From positions 1 through 36,157 of IMG/VR virus record IMGVR_UViG_3300028592_000047: a stretch of 36,157 bases of DNA. One strand, given 5' to 3'. The notes beneath the pieces were generated by a model, which saw only the letters and a list, made by a program, of their open reading frames with translations, ran no database searches and had not been told where the DNA came from. Below are positions 1 to 9,712 of the stretch, one piece after another. This DNA is from a virus. Taxonomy: Duplodnaviria; Caudoviricetes. The first letter of the stretch is position 1, and the number at the start of each line of letters is the position of its first letter. The translations under genes and the position numbers were made by a program.

Positions 1-413
1 TTGATGTCGTCGCCCAACGGCGGGATCGCCTGATAATAGGTGAGCTCGATGTTGCGCCCGTCAGTCTCTTCAACGGGATTGGTCATCAGGAAGTTGCCCG
101 ACAGGGTGTACCTTCCGATGTTGTAATTGGCGTCGAGCGGATCGGGGTTCGAGTAGAACTGCGTGCGCTCGCGATAAGTAAGCGGGCGGTTGAAGTCAAG
201 GTCCCGCACGAAGTCCAGTTCGAGCCAGTCAGTCGGTAGCAGCACGCGACCGTTACGGACGACGCCCGTATCGATCTGGATCATGTGCTTGCAACGCAGG
301 ACGGTGGAAATAAGTTCCTCCGCCATCCGCGTCCAAGACGTGATCAGGGCATCATCGTATTCGAAGTTAACCCAGCCCCGGATGACGCTGCAGTGATCGC
401 CAATGGCGGTCAT
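1..413 (-). CDS. Putative head-tail adaptor / tail tubular protein (truncated by window edge)
   Basis: ATG at 413 overlaps the TGA of the upstream gene; open frame MTAIGDHCSVIRGW...LRCKHM...LPTDWLE...IELTYYQAIPPL runs to the edge; LPxDWLE and YYxxIPxL motifs resemble podovirus adaptor proteins. Confidence 0.6.
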   Translation of the reverse strand, partial: MTAIGDHCSVIRGWVNFEYDDALITSWTRMAEELISTVLRCKHMIQIDTGVVRNGRVLLPTDWLELDFVRDLDFNRPLTYRERTQFYSNPDPLDANYNIGRYTLSGNFLMTNPVEETDGRNIELTYYQAIPPLGDDI

Positions 414-706
414 ACCCGACCCTTCCACACCCTAAAAACGGAGTTGTCGGGGTCGTTGAGCCACTTCGTCCAGTCGGCTTCGTCCCACTGCTCTAGGAGC
501 GATTGCTCGTAGATTGTAAGAGGCACCCTGGCCAACAACTTGTTGGTGGAGCGCTCTTTGTGATTATCACGATCGCGCTCGATGCTCTTGAGAATGTCGT
601 CCATCTGGACTTCGGTGAAGACCCGGAGGGTTTCCGGGTCCGCGTCGTCGACGATGGAGGTCCTGCGAACTCCGTCAGAGTTCCGGTATACTAATCTCGA
701 TTCCAT
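410..706 (-). CDS. Hypothetical protein in structural operon
   Basis: 98-aa ORF coupled to the downstream gene by ATGA overlap; C-terminal KWLNDPDNSVFRV motif. Confidence 0.7.
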   Translation of the reverse strand: MESRLVYRNSDGVRRTSIVDDADPETLRVFTEVQMDDILKSIERDRDNHKERSTNKLLARVPLTIYEQSLLEQWDEADWTKWLNDPDNSVFRVWKGRV

Positions 707-734
707 AGTAGCACGCCCATGCTGCCTGTGTCAA
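705..734 (-). promoter_or_regulatory. Sigma70-type promoter TTGACA-N18-TACTAT with extended -10 TG
   Basis: Matches the window-wide promoter consensus, but its -10 box overlaps the ATG at 706. Confidence 0.45.
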
Positions 735-1130
735 TTACTGCCGGAACCCGGTTGGCTTCGGCTTGGAGTCCATTCGGTCCACCTTGTCGGTGAGGTTGTC
801 AATTTTCGTCGACTGGACCTCGACCTTAGTGGAGAGGCCGCTAATGTCGTTCCTTATTGCCTCGACCGCGTTAATGACGGTTTCGGAAATCTGGTCGACA
901 CGGCGGCTCAGCTGCGCGATAGCCCCCTCGTTGTTGAGTACCCGAAAAGGGATGGCGGTAAGGGGCTCGATCTGCCCCTTCATCTCCGCCATCGCAATCT
1001 CAGTTCGAGCGGACCTGTCGTCAACATCGTCGATGTATTTAATGATGCCGATGGCTGCCCCTACGACAGCCAGGATAGTCGGCACATTGATGTTGAACCA
1101 ATTCACGTTGATCTGCCTGTTCTGGTTCAC
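735..1130 (-). CDS. Membrane-anchored coiled-coil protein, possible lysis accessory (spanin-like)
   Basis: GTG at 1130 after GGAGGT; N-terminal hydrophobic helix VPTILAVVGAAIGII followed by heptad-rich C-terminus; follows endolysin and holin. Confidence 0.55.
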   Translation of the reverse strand: MNQNRQINVNWFNINVPTILAVVGAAIGIIKYIDDVDDRSARTEIAMAEMKGQIEPLTAIPFRVLNNEGAIAQLSRRVDQISETVINAVEAIRNDISGLSTKVEVQSTKIDNLTDKVDRMDSKPKPTGFRQ

Positions 1131-1147
1131 GGTCGTCACCTCCCGTT

Positions 1148-1528
1148 TTACCTCCCCAAGGGTTTCCTTGTAGCCAAGCGCCCGTAAATAGCGAACAGGA
1201 TCGGGACCATGACTGCGATCTGCCCCCAATAGTCTTCCATCGAGTTGGGGACATCGTCCGTGAGCATGACAACGATGTTGCCAGTCTGCACCATCAGCGC
1301 ACCGAAACCGCCGATGAGGACCCGCGAACGATACCACGGCTCGTTATTGGTGGCGTTTTCAGTATATTCCTTGACCTCCTGGGTCACCACCTCCCGTACC
1401 TTAGGCGCGTCCCTGCGGGTGACCGGAATGTTCTTGTGGGCCACGAGGCGGTCTACGATACCGTCGATAACCTTGCCCGCTACTTTTCCGGCGATAAGAC
1501 CGCCGATGAAGGGCTGCTGGTTGCTCAT
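1148..1528 (-). CDS. Putative holin
   Basis: ATG 1528 overlaps the endolysin stop, AGGAG upstream; EPWYRSRV motif, two hydrophobic segments and basic C-terminus YGRLATRKPLGR. Confidence 0.6.
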   Translation of the reverse strand: MSNQQPFIGGLIAGKVAGKVIDGIVDRLVAHKNIPVTRRDAPKVREVVTQEVKEYTENATNNEPWYRSRVLIGGFGALMVQTGNIVVMLTDDVPNSMEDYWGQIAVMVPILFAIYGRLATRKPLGR

Positions 1529-2274
1529 CGTGCTCTCCTGAAAACGAGGCTGAGAAGCCATCTGAGGAAGCTGGGCTCAGGCTCAAGGTTGTTGGATTCC
1601 GATGGCACCTTCACGATGATGGGGCCGTTGCCCTTGCCGCCGCGCTTGTAGCCGGCAACTTCGAGGGCGCGCTTGAAAACGAGGGCATGTCCGGCGATCT
1701 TGGCAGCCTTGTCGGTGCCGTTCACCACTCCACGCGAATTGATGAACTCGCGGAGGTCTTCCTCGTCGCTCTCGTCAATACCGTCGACGTAATCCCGGAG
1801 CTCCTTGCCGGTCCACCAGCCCTCGCGATTACCCAGAAACAGCGACATGGCGCTGATGAACGGGTCTCCCCGCTTTTCAGGGTTTTTTTCGAGGTCGATG
1901 CCGAGATGAAAAAGCTCGTTAAGGCGCTTGGTGGCTTTGATAGCATTGGCGCGACCAGTATTCTGAACGTCGCCTTCGCCCCGGAAACGGTATCCGTCGC
2001 CCTTCTGGGTATTCCCGAGGATTTTGCCGATCCGAGTGCCGGGCTCATACTTGTTGAAGTACTCGCGCGAACCCCTTTCGGTGATCGGCTGCATCGTGTA
2101 AGCAGTCTCGTGGTAGGACGTAGCCAGATCGTAAGCCAACTCATCCACGAAACCGTCTGAGAAATACTCCTCCCAGACGTCGAGCAATCGCGTAAAGCCA
2201 TTGACCTGACTTTGCGAGAGCGCTCCAGCGAAAAGGGGGCCGCGAATTGCCGAGTAAAACTTAGCGCGATCCAT
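1525..2274 (-). CDS. Endolysin, glycoside hydrolase family 19 (chitinase-like)
   Basis: LATSYHETAYTMQPITE, GNTQKGDGYRFRGEGDVQNTGRAN and RGVVNGTD motifs; AAGGAGG RBS. Confidence 0.88.
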   Translation of the reverse strand: MDRAKFYSAIRGPLFAGALSQSQVNGFTRLLDVWEEYFSDGFVDELAYDLATSYHETAYTMQPITERGSREYFNKYEPGTRIGKILGNTQKGDGYRFRGEGDVQNTGRANAIKATKRLNELFHLGIDLEKNPEKRGDPFISAMSLFLGNREGWWTGKELRDYVDGIDESDEEDLREFINSRGVVNGTDKAAKIAGHALVFKRALEVAGYKRGGKGNGPIIVKVPSESNNLEPEPSFLRWLLSLVFRRAR

Positions 2275-2291
2275 TGCGGCCTCCTTGGTTG

Positions 2292-2597
2292 TTAGGCAGA
2301 CACGGACACGAACAGGTTGGTGTCGCGGGTAACGCCCTCGTTGGTTTCACGGACAGTGAAGTTGTGCGTGCCAGCCGCCGAAGGGGTCGGACCAACTAGC
2401 AAGCTGTTTCCGGACAGCTTAACCCTATCCCCAGCGTCATCGGTCAGTGAAAGGGTGGACCCCACAGAAACGCCGATGAAATCACCGATTGGGGTGTCCT
2501 CCGCGCTGTTCTCGGAGAACTCGTTGTTGTCCAGCGTAAGGGCGACAAGATCAGCGCCATCGTACACCGACATGTAGACAGGAGCGTATTTAGCCAC
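2292..2597 (-). CDS. Small Ig/cadherin-like protein, possible head decoration
   Basis: Beta-rich 101 aa (FSENSAEDTPIG...LSLTDDAGDRVKLSGN...FTVRET) directly downstream of the capsid gene; AGGAG RBS. Confidence 0.55.
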   Translation of the reverse strand: MAKYAPVYMSVYDGADLVALTLDNNEFSENSAEDTPIGDFIGVSVGSTLSLTDDAGDRVKLSGNSLLVGPTPSAAGTHNFTVRETNEGVTRDTNLFVSVSA

Positions 2598-2617
2598 TTT
2601 GCTCTCCTACGGGTTGA

Positions 2618-2643
2618 GCCCCCGCGCCGAAAAGCGCGGGGGC
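2618..2643 (-). terminator. GC-rich hairpin after major capsid gene
   Basis: GCCCCCGCGC-CGAAAA-GCGCGGGGGC 10-bp stem; no strong U-tract, so possibly leaky. Confidence 0.55.
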
Positions 2644-2659
2644 GGGTGCCTTGGGAGGC

Positions 2660-3658
2660 TTAGCTGCCGATGACGTCGCCCTGCTTCACACCGTTGAACA
2701 GGATGTGAGCGAGGGGGTTGCGCATCTCGATGCCCCACTCGGTGAGGATCATGCGGGTTTCGGCGTCACCGATCTTCGCCAGAGGAATCTGACGGAAGTT
2801 ACGGAAGAAGCCAACCGCGATGAACGCCGGGTCGAGCAGGAGCGAGGTGTCGGTCGGAATCCAGCGCGACGGCATCACCTTGATGCGGCCGAAATCGGTC
2901 GCGATGACGTCGACGGTGGCGACAACCTCGGTGCGCCCGACGATGACCTGCGTCGTGTTGCGACCCTGGAAGGTCGAAACCGTGCGCTTGATCGACGGGG
3001 GGACAACCATGATCGAAGGCGAGGCGCCGTTGTTGTAGGCTGCCTGCATTGCGTCACCGACCATGACTTCGGTCAGCGGAACCTGATTGGCTCCGGCGAC
3101 AGCAGCGAAAGCGTCGGTAGCAACTGCCGGAAGGCCGGTCTTGTAGCCGACGACAGCAGCGCCTGCAACGGCGGCGCGGTCGACAGCCCTGGCGATCCAG
3201 TGGCAGATAGCTTCGGTCTTGCGGGCAGTCGGGGTGGTGTCGTCGCCGTTGACGCGAGCCTGACGACCCGACAGAATCTTCTCCATGTCCGACTTGAGGA
3301 CCTTGGACTGGAGAGCCATCTGGTGAGCCATTTCCGAGCCCTTGCCGGCAGCGTCCGAGCTCTCCTGCGAACCGGAAACGGTCGCATCGCGCTTGGAAAT
3401 CTGCGTGACGTTGGACAGACGGACGGTCGGGGTCGAAGCCGAGCGAGCGAGCTCGAAACCTTCAACCTGCGCGTTGTTCTCGTCGACGTCCGGCAGGTGT
3501 TCGGTCTGCCAGTCGAACTGACGGTTCTTGACGTTGCGGCGGCGCGACATGGACATGATCGGCGTGTCGAACGGATCGATGTTGTAGATCGCGTTCGACA
3601 GGTCTTCGCGGTTGGCCTGCGCCTGATAGGTGGTGAAAGCGTTTGTGACTTTTGCCAC
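2660..3658 (-). CDS. Major capsid protein (DUF5309 / SU10 / LUZ24-like)
   Basis: NREDLSNAIYNIDPFDTP, FDWQTEHL, NAQVEG, NVTQISK, LAKIGDAE motifs; position after scaffold and portal. Confidence 0.92.
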   Translation of the reverse strand: MAKVTNAFTTYQAQANREDLSNAIYNIDPFDTPIMSMSRRRNVKNRQFDWQTEHLPDVDENNAQVEGFELARSASTPTVRLSNVTQISKRDATVSGSQESSDAAGKGSEMAHQMALQSKVLKSDMEKILSGRQARVNGDDTTPTARKTEAICHWIARAVDRAAVAGAAVVGYKTGLPAVATDAFAAVAGANQVPLTEVMVGDAMQAAYNNGASPSIMVVPPSIKRTVSTFQGRNTTQVIVGRTEVVATVDVIATDFGRIKVMPSRWIPTDTSLLLDPAFIAVGFFRNFRQIPLAKIGDAETRMILTEWGIEMRNPLAHILFNGVKQGDVIGS

Positions 3659-3667
3659 GGGAAGCTC

Positions 3668-4807
3668 CTACTGGTTGATTATCTGGGCAAAGACGCTTGC
3701 GGCGTCCTCAACTGAGCCAGTCTTGCTCAGCTTCTTCTGTGCCCCGACAATCCCTTTGTGAGCCGTGCGCTTCGCAGCGCGTCCCGCTCCGGGGGTCATC
3801 GGCGAGCCACCAGCCTTCTTGACTGGCTTCGGCCTTGATGCCATAATGCGGTCATATTTCGAGGCTTTCAACAGCACCACAAGCATGCGGTGATCGAGGA
3901 CCTCACTGACCTCTTTCTCGGAAAACCCAACAGAAAGCGCCGTGCGACGCATGCTCTTGGTATCCTTGATCATGTCCGCCTTGTCACGCCACTTGGCGTA
4001 ATTGGCGAACTTGGGGAATTCGGCCTTGGCGAAAGCAACGAGCTCCGCCGCGTCGTCTTCCTGTGCCTTCCGGATAGCCTCTTCCCGCTTCTTGCGGATA
4101 TCGGCCACCTTAGCCTTGTAGCTGTCGTACTGCTTCTGCAGCGAACGAGCCTCGGCTGGGTTTGCCTCGAACATCTTGTCCCAGTCGGGCTCCGTCGGCA
4201 TGATGCTCGACAGAATTTCTTCAGCCTCCTCAAGGGAAGCAAAAACCTTGTTGCGGTCCGCGATGATCTTCTCAGCCGCCGCTTGAACCGTCTTGCCGGC
4301 CTCGGAAACCTCGTTCATCCGCTTGTGGAACGTCTGAACGCGGATATACCCATTCAGCGCCTCGCGGACAGGAACTTCTTTTTCCTCGCCGTCGATCATC
4401 ACCTTGACGGGGGTGTCAAGGAACTCCTTGTCTTCTTCTTCGTCGTCGGCGTCCTCGTCGGCGTCCTCGTCGGCGTCCTCGTCGTCATCGGCGTTCTCGT
4501 CGACGTCGTCGCCCTCTTCCTCGGGGTCGCCGTTGTAGAAGTTCTCGTCGCCATTTTCGAGGGCAGCGATCTCTTCGTCGGTCAGCCCCTCATTGTCGGC
4601 CTTCTTGGCGGGGCGCTTCTTAAATTCGCGGTGAACCTGATTGTCGCCGCCAGCGGCTTCCTCCTCATTTTCGAGGACGCCCATGTTGTCGAAGACCGGC
4701 TCCGGACGCGCCTTCACCTCGGAGCCGCCCGATGGAACGCTCTTGGGGGCTGTGTTGCCGATTGCCAGATCGAAGGCAGCTGCGGCTTGTTCAATACCGT
4801 CGGACAT
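3668..4807 (-). CDS. Capsid scaffolding protein
   Basis: Very acidic N-half, VMIDGEEKEVPVREALNGY motif, helical middle, EVLDHRML and C-terminal KTGSVEDAA; lies between portal and capsid. Confidence 0.85.
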   Translation of the reverse strand: MSDGIEQAAAAFDLAIGNTAPKSVPSGGSEVKARPEPVFDNMGVLENEEEAAGGDNQVHREFKKRPAKKADNEGLTDEEIAALENGDENFYNGDPEEEGDDVDENADDDEDADEDADEDADDEEEDKEFLDTPVKVMIDGEEKEVPVREALNGYIRVQTFHKRMNEVSEAGKTVQAAAEKIIADRNKVFASLEEAEEILSSIMPTEPDWDKMFEANPAEARSLQKQYDSYKAKVADIRKKREEAIRKAQEDDAAELVAFAKAEFPKFANYAKWRDKADMIKDTKSMRRTALSVGFSEKEVSEVLDHRMLVVLLKASKYDRIMASRPKPVKKAGGSPMTPGAGRAAKRTAHKGIVGAQKKLSKTGSVEDAASVFAQIINQ

Positions 4808-4824
4808 TCTGAACTCCTATGTGC

Positions 4825-4853
4825 ACTGTAGCACGGTTAGTGTGGGAAGTCAA
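4825..4853 (-). promoter_or_regulatory. Sigma70-type promoter for scaffold-capsid operon (TTGACT-N17-TACAGT, TG extension)
   Basis: Intergenic consensus match immediately upstream of AGGAG and ATG 4807. Confidence 0.75.
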
Positions 4854-4877
4854 GTATACTCGGAACGCTAGTGGGTT

Positions 4878-5135
4878 CTAACCCTTTTCCGCATCCTTTC
4901 TGGCCATTGCGCCATCGTTTTGAATGGCCTTAATACTGCCCTTGATCTTCTCCAACGCCGAAAGGATAGCGTGGGCTTGGATACCGGCTTCGGAGCCGGG
5001 CGTCGAACCCATCAGAGCGACGATCTGTTCTTTGACGATCGAGTTGACGATCCCGTTGAACATGGAAGCCTCGGCCAGCATCCTCCCGGCTTCCTCCCCG
5101 AGAGCGATGCGGTCGTTGATACTCATTTTCGACAT
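4878..5135 (-). CDS. Hypothetical protein between portal and scaffold
   Basis: 85-aa helical ORF starting 2 nt after the portal stop. Confidence 0.75.
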   Translation of the reverse strand: MSKMSINDRIALGEEAGRMLAEASMFNGIVNSIVKEQIVALMGSTPGSEAGIQAHAILSALEKIKGSIKAIQNDGAMARKDAEKG

Positions 5136-5137
5136 GG

Positions 5138-7228
5138 TCAGACGCCTTCGTCTTGCTGGTTAGCTGAAAGGATGCCCTCGGGCACCTGCGGATTGGCGGC
5201 CTTCTCGCCGAAGATTTTGGCGAGCTCCAGCATGGCGTTGACGTTGAGCTTGTCGCGCTCGAAGTCCGCATCGTTCTTGGCAACGGCGGTGTCCAGCTGG
5301 AGGCGGGCGTTGTCGTTTTCCTGCTTGCCGGTGGCGACGAGAACGTCCTTCTTGACTTTTTCGAGCTCCGCCTGAGCCAGAACAGTAGCCGGATCGGGTT
5401 CTTTGGGAGCCTCGGTGATCGCCTTCATGATCTCCGGCGTAAGCGAACCGAAATAACGGCCAAAGTTTTTGATGTTGGCGAGTGCCAGCTGATCCTGCTT
5501 GGTGTTCAGGTACATCTGAGGCGTCACAATGGGATTCGCGATGCCAAACTTCTCGATGATCATCAGCTGGGCGTTTTCGATACTGCCAAGGGCCTGCAGG
5601 CGAATAACGTCGGAGCCCTTACCGAGGGTCGGGTTGATCTCTACCCTCATCGTCGGGTCAAACTTCGAAGGGTTGATGGTGACGTACTTGCCCCGGATGG
5701 GGATCGTGCGCTCCGGGGAAGGGTTGTTGACGATTTCGCGCGCCAGACCCTGCAGCATCGGCTTGAGACCGGTTTCAGCGAGGATGCGAGCAATCAGTTC
5801 GATGCGCTCCTGAGCCCCCGAAATGATAGCGTCGATGCCGGTTAGAGCCGTCGACTGCATCGCCTTCGGGTCGAGGCCCTTGGAGGCTTCCGTGATACCG
5901 GTGCGGCTTGCGCGGACCTTGTCCAGATAGTCGATGCTCACCTGGACTTCTGCGCCCGCGTACGGGGTCTTCGAGAACGCCACAGCGGCGTTGGGGTCGC
6001 CCCTCGTGCGGATGACTGCACCCACTTCGTCGGACAGAACGTCATCGATGTTGGTGACGAGTTCATTGACGACAGTACGCGGGTTCATGCTTTCAGCCAG
6101 ATTGTCCAGCTGGCCGCGCATCATGTTTGTCTTGAACTTCTGAATGTCCTTCGTAATGTCAGCGAGGCAATCACCGATAGCCGTATGTGGGCGGGGGTCG
6201 GAACCCCACAGGGCGAAATTGACGTGTGAAACGATCCTGTCGTGAATGATGGTGTAGTTGCTGCCCATCGTGCAGATGTAGTGAAGTTCGTCGATACCGT
6301 CGCCGTCGCCGTCGATGCGGATGAAGAATTCGCCGTATTGAACACCCTCGATGACGCGCTCGTCAACCAGTCCGGGATTGCGCAGGAATCGCTCGTCGGA
6401 GTAGTAAAGCTGCTGCGTCATATTGGCGCGAATGTCATCCGGGTCGACGCCCTTCTGGATGAGAAACGACACCGGGACAAGCCTCTCGTGGCCGACGAGA
6501 CCCGCCGACTTCACCGATTTAGCGTCGCGCGAGATGCGGAATTCATCCGGGGGAACTGCGTCCGCCTTCGTAACAGGCTTAGTAACGACGCTGCGGATCG
6601 TAACCAGATCGATTACATCTTCGCTGGTCTGCTCAAGTTCGGTGACCTCACCATCTTCGCCCATCTCGTAGATGAGGGACTGGTATTGCTCCGGCGAAAG
6701 GTTCTGGTAGGTGTTTTCCTCGATTTCCGTGTCGGTGTCGGTCCACCATTTGGTGATGCCGCCCTTGACGGTCAGCGCGTCCTTGAACACCGAGTGGAGC
6801 ATCAAGAACCCCTCGTTGTCGTTGTAGAACACGTAGTTGAGATAGTCGTAAAGCTGGTCGGCCATCTCCTGATCGGCTTCCCGGCGCGGCACAAAATTGG
6901 CGATTTTTTCGCTGCCCGCCGTGAAGATGCGGATAAGCGACGGGATCACCGCCAGAATGGTGTCGCGGACATCAGTGGAGATGAAGGACGACTTGTTGGT
7001 GCTGTCGAACTCTTCATCGGGGTCTGGACCGCCCAGAGCCGGAGCAATGCCGTTGTAGTACGCCTGATTTTCCTCGCGATAAGGCGCGAGATAGCTCTGC
7101 TCGAAGTCCACGGCGTCTTCGATGAGCGCGCGAACGCGGGACTCGTAGCTTTCCGGATCGCCGGGCTCACCCGTGAGGATGACGTTGCCGGTCCCGCCGA
7201 CGCCTGAGTTGGTGAAGATTGTTTCCAT
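5138..7228 (-). CDS. Portal protein
   Basis: 696 aa between terL and scaffold; STDVRDTI...PSLIRIF, FKDAL..KGGITKWW, VPPDEFRI, RIELIARILAETG motifs of podovirus portals. Confidence 0.9.
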   Translation of the reverse strand: METIFTNSGVGGTGNVILTGEPGDPESYESRVRALIEDAVDFEQSYLAPYREENQAYYNGIAPALGGPDPDEEFDSTNKSSFISTDVRDTILAVIPSLIRIFTAGSEKIANFVPRREADQEMADQLYDYLNYVFYNDNEGFLMLHSVFKDALTVKGGITKWWTDTDTEIEENTYQNLSPEQYQSLIYEMGEDGEVTELEQTSEDVIDLVTIRSVVTKPVTKADAVPPDEFRISRDAKSVKSAGLVGHERLVPVSFLIQKGVDPDDIRANMTQQLYYSDERFLRNPGLVDERVIEGVQYGEFFIRIDGDGDGIDELHYICTMGSNYTIIHDRIVSHVNFALWGSDPRPHTAIGDCLADITKDIQKFKTNMMRGQLDNLAESMNPRTVVNELVTNIDDVLSDEVGAVIRTRGDPNAAVAFSKTPYAGAEVQVSIDYLDKVRASRTGITEASKGLDPKAMQSTALTGIDAIISGAQERIELIARILAETGLKPMLQGLAREIVNNPSPERTIPIRGKYVTINPSKFDPTMRVEINPTLGKGSDVIRLQALGSIENAQLMIIEKFGIANPIVTPQMYLNTKQDQLALANIKNFGRYFGSLTPEIMKAITEAPKEPDPATVLAQAELEKVKKDVLVATGKQENDNARLQLDTAVAKNDADFERDKLNVNAMLELAKIFGEKAANPQVPEGILSANQQDEGV

Positions 7229-8604
7229 TACCGGGCTCTCCTGATGTTCTTGCGAAGCGCCTTCGCAGAGCGAATTGAGACGACATTGTTGGAAGTCAAG
7301 TAGCCCATGACTTGCGAGATAGAGACCGAGCCATACCGGAAACTATCGGAAGCATGCGAAGCCCAGTTGTGGACCGGCTTACCCGCCTTGGAGCGGTGAT
7401 AGTTGCGAAGACCGGATCGGCCCTGCTCTGTCTTAACCTTGTCGAACCACACGAGCGGCAGCGTCGACCGAACAGCCTGAATGCCATCCTCCGGCGAAAG
7501 GGAGGGGGCGATGAAGATCGGTTCGCTCTCGGGCAGAAGACCGACCATAACCTCGTAGCGGCTCTTACCGGTCCCAAGCTCCCTAGCTCTGATGTCGTGC
7601 GGCGGGACATGAGAGCCGAAGGTGTACTTCTGGCGGTGTCTGATGCGTTCCGGCACTTCGCCCTTGATCGGATCGACCCAAGTGCCTTTAACCATTTTCA
7701 GGGCATCTTCTAGGCCTTTTCCGGTGAATTCTTCGTAGTCGATGGCGTGAAGCTCGCCGCCTGCCTTCTGGACAAACCAGATGGCCATGTAATCGTCGAT
7801 ACCCAAGTCCCACCAAGTGACGACGGGCTGCGTTGGATCGTACGGAACCCCCGTGATCCTGCCCGCCGCCTCGGCTTGGTTCATGAGGTCCGCGTAATAT
7901 GCGCCCTCGACCGGAGCGTCGAAGCTGCAGAGCATTTCGCGGGCGTACTCTTCCGCCGTCATATCCTTCGTCATTTCGACGACTTCGTCTGGATGCAGCG
8001 CATCGGTTTCGGTCACCGGGATAACGAAGAAGTCCCAGGAGGGATCGAGGAAGTTCTTTTTCTTAAGCTCGTGGAAGTGATCGTCGCCGTTGGACGTGCC
8101 GCTTATGATCGCCCAACCGCGATAATCAGCCAGACAAGGACGAACGACAGTGGAAAATACGGACGGATTGAGGAGAGGAAACTCATCCAGCATAATTCCG
8201 TCAAAATAGAGACCGCGCATACGCTCGTAAGCGGCTGCGCCTCCGTAAAGACTGATGGTGGCACCATTGGGTAGAGTGCAAGTGAGATCGCTTTCAGAGT
8301 ACTTGACATCTGGCAGGACACTCGTATAATGCTTAAGATATCCCCAGATAAGGTCTTTCGTCTGGGCGAAGGAGGGGCCAACATAGGCGTAGCGGGGATG
8401 CGGGAATTTGCGCTTGTTTTGAAGCGCCGACTTAATCATCTCGTTGATGGCGGCGACTGACTTGCCAGCGCGGCGATGCGCTACAACGAACTTCCAACGC
8501 TTTTCGGAGGCGTGCAGAGGCTTAAAATGCTCACGCGGGGTATACGGAATAATGATCCGCGTTGCCAGCGCCTCTGGCTTCGGCGCTTCCGCGTAATTGT
8601 TCAT
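7228..8604 (-). CDS. terL: Terminase large subunit
   Basis: Walker A VVAHRRAGKS, Walker B IMLDE, RNase H-like WWDLGIDD and HASDSFRY. Confidence 0.95.
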   Translation of the reverse strand: MNNYAEAPKPEALATRIIIPYTPREHFKPLHASEKRWKFVVAHRRAGKSVAAINEMIKSALQNKRKFPHPRYAYVGPSFAQTKDLIWGYLKHYTSVLPDVKYSESDLTCTLPNGATISLYGGAAAYERMRGLYFDGIMLDEFPLLNPSVFSTVVRPCLADYRGWAIISGTSNGDDHFHELKKKNFLDPSWDFFVIPVTETDALHPDEVVEMTKDMTAEEYAREMLCSFDAPVEGAYYADLMNQAEAAGRITGVPYDPTQPVVTWWDLGIDDYMAIWFVQKAGGELHAIDYEEFTGKGLEDALKMVKGTWVDPIKGEVPERIRHRQKYTFGSHVPPHDIRARELGTGKSRYEVMVGLLPESEPIFIAPSLSPEDGIQAVRSTLPLVWFDKVKTEQGRSGLRNYHRSKAGKPVHNWASHASDSFRYGSVSISQVMGYLTSNNVVSIRSAKALRKNIRRAR

Positions 8605-8783
8605 GCCGGGTCTTTCTCTTGGAGATGAAAAGTCATCGTGGAGAATACCCGGTCAGGCACGAACATGACGACACCAGTATCGAACGTTACCTTCCACTTA
8701 TCTTTGACCCCAGATGTCTTGGGGGATAGGAATGCCAGGGCAAGCCCTAGGTCTGCAGTGTCGATTTCAGATTTGTCACTCAT
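8601..8783 (-). CDS. Hypothetical protein
   Basis: 60-aa ORF overlapping both the terS stop and the terL start. Confidence 0.6.
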   Translation of the reverse strand: MSDKSEIDTADLGLALAFLSPKTSGVKDKWKVTFDTGVVMFVPDRVFSTMTFHLQEKDPA

Positions 8784-9240
8784 GCTCGATTACCTTCGCG
8801 TCACTCTCTTCCGGCTGGAAGGAGGTCCCATCGGCCCAAGAGATGTTAATGGTGCCCTTCGGGGCATTAATGGTGACACCACCCTTCGCGGCTCCATACC
8901 CCCGATCGCCGCCAAGATTGGTCATGATGAACCGAGCCATGGTGTCTTGCCGACCCTTGTCCTCGTCATCCATCAGCGCATCGTAGGCGATATCCTCTGA
9001 GATATCCAGAAGCTGCTGTTGCGCCTCTTTGACCTCCGCCGAAAGGAAGGGGGAAGTCTTGATGAATGCGCGGAGCCGGGAAGAGGGCACCTTGAGCATT
9101 TCAGCCGCTTTGGTGACATTGCCGCGCTGCTTCCACAAGGCGGTGCGACATTCTTCGACGTCCAGAGGCAGCGAAGCAGGCCTCTCGTCGTAGGGCATTG
9201 TGGGCAAGGGGATCAGGTCTTGAGGTAGCATTGTGTCCAC
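8776..9240 (-). CDS. terS: Putative terminase small subunit (HTH)
   Basis: ALWKQRGNVTKAAEMLKV helix-turn-helix, LGGDRGYG motif, upstream of terL. Confidence 0.75.
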   Translation of the reverse strand: MDTMLPQDLIPLPTMPYDERPASLPLDVEECRTALWKQRGNVTKAAEMLKVPSSRLRAFIKTSPFLSAEVKEAQQQLLDISEDIAYDALMDDEDKGRQDTMARFIMTNLGGDRGYGAAKGGVTINAPKGTINISWADGTSFQPEESDAKVIEHE

Positions 9241-9261
9241 ATACAGAAGCGCCGCTGCAGT

Positions 9262-9290
9262 ATATTACCACAGCGGCGCGGTGCCGTCAA
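9262..9290 (-). promoter_or_regulatory. Sigma70-type promoter for terminase-portal operon (TTGACG-N17-TAATAT)
   Basis: Intergenic consensus match with TG extension. Confidence 0.7.
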
Positions 9291-9307
9291 GAGTGCCTGG
9301 AACCCGG

Positions 9308-9688
9308 TTACGGTTTCGGTAGCATGAACAGATCGCGCAAGTCGCCCAGCACGAAACGGTGTCCGCCGAACCCGAAGATGGTGTGCTCATTAGGCGTGGT
9401 CATCGGGTATGCGATTGCGATGAGGCGCAGCTTCTTGGCTGCTTCTTCGCCGCGTTGCATCTTGGCGACACGGTCATCTTCGTTGCGGCTGGCTTCGGCG
9501 GCGAATACCTCCGCAGCAGCGTCGATGCCGGAACCCGTGCCCGACGAAAGGGCAGCGGCGTCCTGCTCGGCATCGCCCGGTTCATTTTCGAGCGCCTTAA
9601 CAGCGTCATCCGACGCCTTGGCGATCTTGGCTGCGGTTTCCGCCTTGAGCTTGTCGGCGGGGCTCAGTTCTTCCTGCTTACCAGCCAT
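9308..9688 (-). CDS. Hypothetical protein
   Basis: 126-aa Ala/acidic ORF with GGAG RBS. Confidence 0.75.
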   Translation of the reverse strand: MAGKQEELSPADKLKAETAAKIAKASDDAVKALENEPGDAEQDAAALSSGTGSGIDAAAEVFAAEASRNEDDRVAKMQRGEEAAKKLRLIAIAYPMTTPNEHTIFGFGGHRFVLGDLRDLFMLPKP

Positions 9689-9712
9689 CTTGGCTATCTC
9701 CGGTTTCGGTTA

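Noticed and set aside
4440-4500. 12-bp tandem repeat CGTCGGCGTCCT in scaffold gene
   Set aside because: Encodes DEDA repeats of the acidic linker, which is ordinary for scaffolding proteins
2651-4831. Long + strand ORFs (354 and 313 aa) opposite capsid and scaffold
   Set aside because: Antisense shadows of GC3-biased genes; no RBS or recognisable motifs
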